Below the pieces are notes generated by a model that saw only the letters and a list, made by a program, of their open reading frames with translations, was not told where the DNA came from and did no database searches. A program made the position numbers and the translations under genes. From contig NW_021832035.1 of NCBI RefSeq assembly GCF_006345805.1, forward strand, positions 136,001-200,000: DNA of 64,000 nucleotides, given 5' to 3'. This document shows positions 62,231-64,000 of this stretch, piece after piece (position 1 is the stretch's first letter; every line of letters begins with the position of its first letter). The stretch is from Octopus sinensis (lineage: Eukaryota).

Positions 62231-62636
62231 TAGATATATATATATATCTTTGATTTACACTCTACAGTTACTAAGAACTTGATATGTAATTCTCAATGTT
62301 ATTATAGGCTTGTAGTTATATTTTCTAACAAAGCTTTTGGATGTCATAACTGCAACAAATTCATATATTTTTCTAGATAAATTCTTTTAGAATCTGCCTT
62401 ATATGTAATCATTAAAATATTTCAAACCATTTGACTTTTAGATTTAGTATTCTCATTCTACAGACAAAGCATAATCTATATTTTGTTGGAAAAATCAGTG
62501 TATTTAAAATTTTTATGTAGCTTAGCGTTAAGTTAGTCCTGATTAATACACCTAATGATCAAAAGTATTCCAGTTGTAAATATCCAGAGTTTACAGTTAG
62601 AATACTTTCGTTTAAAGTGTCCTTCTTTATTTAAGA

Positions 62637-63020
62637 CTAGCGCTATGACCCGGCAACACCGGGTCATAGTGCTAGTGCATGCATAAACAGCTGCGTGCAT
62701 GCATAAACAGCTGCGTGCATGCGCACATACACGCGAGTACTGTCCAAATCTCCGACCAATCACATACAGCTAGCTGGCATTCAATTGGTGTATCAAGTTT
62801 CGAGCATTTTGATTGGGTTTTGGATAGAAAATTCACAAAAAAAAGTCACTTCTATTGACTTTTTAATGGCTTTGTGGGGTGACTTGGGGAATGTAAAGAT
62901 GTGTACGACCACCCTTGGACAGTTTTAAATGACCATAGAAAGTGCGAGCCCTCTCACTGAAAAATTGTGGATTTGTATAAAGGACACACACAGACATTTT
63001 GCTGTTTATATATATAAAGA
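62637..63020 (-). mobile_element. Non-autonomous Helitron
   Basis: Minus strand A|TCTTTATATATATAAA...CTAG|T with a 17-bp-arm terminal hairpin (ctagcgctatgacccgg-caaca-ccgggtcatagtgctag). Confidence 0.85.
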
Positions 63021-63429
63021 TGATTAATTTTCATTTGCGGAAGATTTGGTTCCTGTTCCTGGCAGGTTGAGCAACATTTCTGTTTGGTGACAAATATCTT
63101 CAGTGATCACGTGAAAACATGACAAAGCATTTTTTTATTCAGAAGGTCACCAACTTCATTAGTAAAACTTGAACTTAGGATGAAAATTTAACATGACTTA
63201 GCCTTAAAATTAATACTAAGGTCAAGCTGGGGTGGTATTTTCAGTTGTATATTTTCTCAAGAAAGCCGATCATGCATACTCTTGTGTTTCTGCATGGGGT
63301 GACATCAGAAAGTCTACCAGCCAGTACTTCAGTCAATAATGTATTTCGTATAGTATACTCAGGCACCAGGTTTCCATAATTTTTTTTGACAAGGTACACA
63401 GCAATAAAAAAAAGCATCACTTGTAACTC

Positions 63430-63900
63430 TGTTTCTAAAGGCTGTCCAATACTACCTGTGATTCCGTTTGAATTTCATCTACTCACTCAGCGTTACTATT
63501 TCAACTTCTGTTTCATTCAACAGGGCTCTCGGGCCCCACCCACATCAAGGTGTTGCTACTTGTCAAGAACCAGAAAACAAATATTAGAGCAACAAGTTTG
63601 TATGTCTAGGTTTTCCATGAGATTCTCCTGTCAGACTCAACAACAACCGATTCCATTTATGTGAGAGGGCCAACAGATTGTTACGGTGGATGAGTTCCAC
63701 AAGAATTTTTTTTTTTTCACATTTTCAGGCATTTTACTTGTGATTGCTTACCTGAGCACTCGTCATCTTCAACCAGCATTCGACCAGCCATGAAACAGTC
63801 ACGTCACTCAAAAACTTAAAGAATGCTTAGCAAAAGCTTTATAATGCATTTTAAGCACTAAAGTAGCAAACTTATCACACGTGTGTGGCTTGAATTTACC
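63430..63900 (-). pseudogene. Internally deleted mariner transposase remnant
   Basis: VFE*RDCFMAGRMLVEDDECSGK resembles VFEW...GR.SVEDD.RSGRP; also QENLMENLD and DEIQTESQVVLDSL. Confidence 0.6.
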
Positions 63901-64000
63901 AGCCATCATAAAAACCACGGAACTATTCGAGAATAACTTTTTATCTTTTACTCGATTCAGTCACTATACTGCGGCCATGCTGGGGTACCACTTCGAGGAA

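Noticed and set aside
63740-63790. Strong minus-strand donor CAG|GTAAGC
   Set aside because: Lies within the mariner VEDD..SG motif remnant.

Overview
AT-rich, repeat-dense animal genomic DNA. The SINE, MITE and microsatellite content looks like octopus or another coleoid cephalopod; that assignment is recalled from the repeat families, not verified. I found no intact protein-coding gene, CRISPR array or prokaryotic operon. Nearly all listed ORFs come from microsatellites or dispersed repeats. The window contains: (i) four tRNA-type SINE families and a (GAT)n-tailed RTE-related non-autonomous retroelement with variable internal hairpin arrays; (ii) decayed RTE LINE and Tc1/mariner transposase fragments; (iii) hAT, piggyBac-like (TTAA) and Tc1 MITEs, and two complete non-autonomous Helitrons; (iv) a decayed U6 snRNA retrocopy; (v) several short Penelope-like elements with minimal hammerhead-ribozyme-like cores; (vi) long foldback palindromes and unusual tandem amplifications. 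A few weak minus-strand exon candidates, a Thr-rich frame and a 12:1 orientation bias of one retroelement family suggest the window lies inside a long-intron transcription unit, but this is inference. The most interesting leads are the variant hammerhead-like cores, a tRNA-like fold capping an inverted-repeat element, a tail-to-tail SINE pair nested in an older SINE, and tandem arrays whose unit boundaries fall on transposon target motifs.
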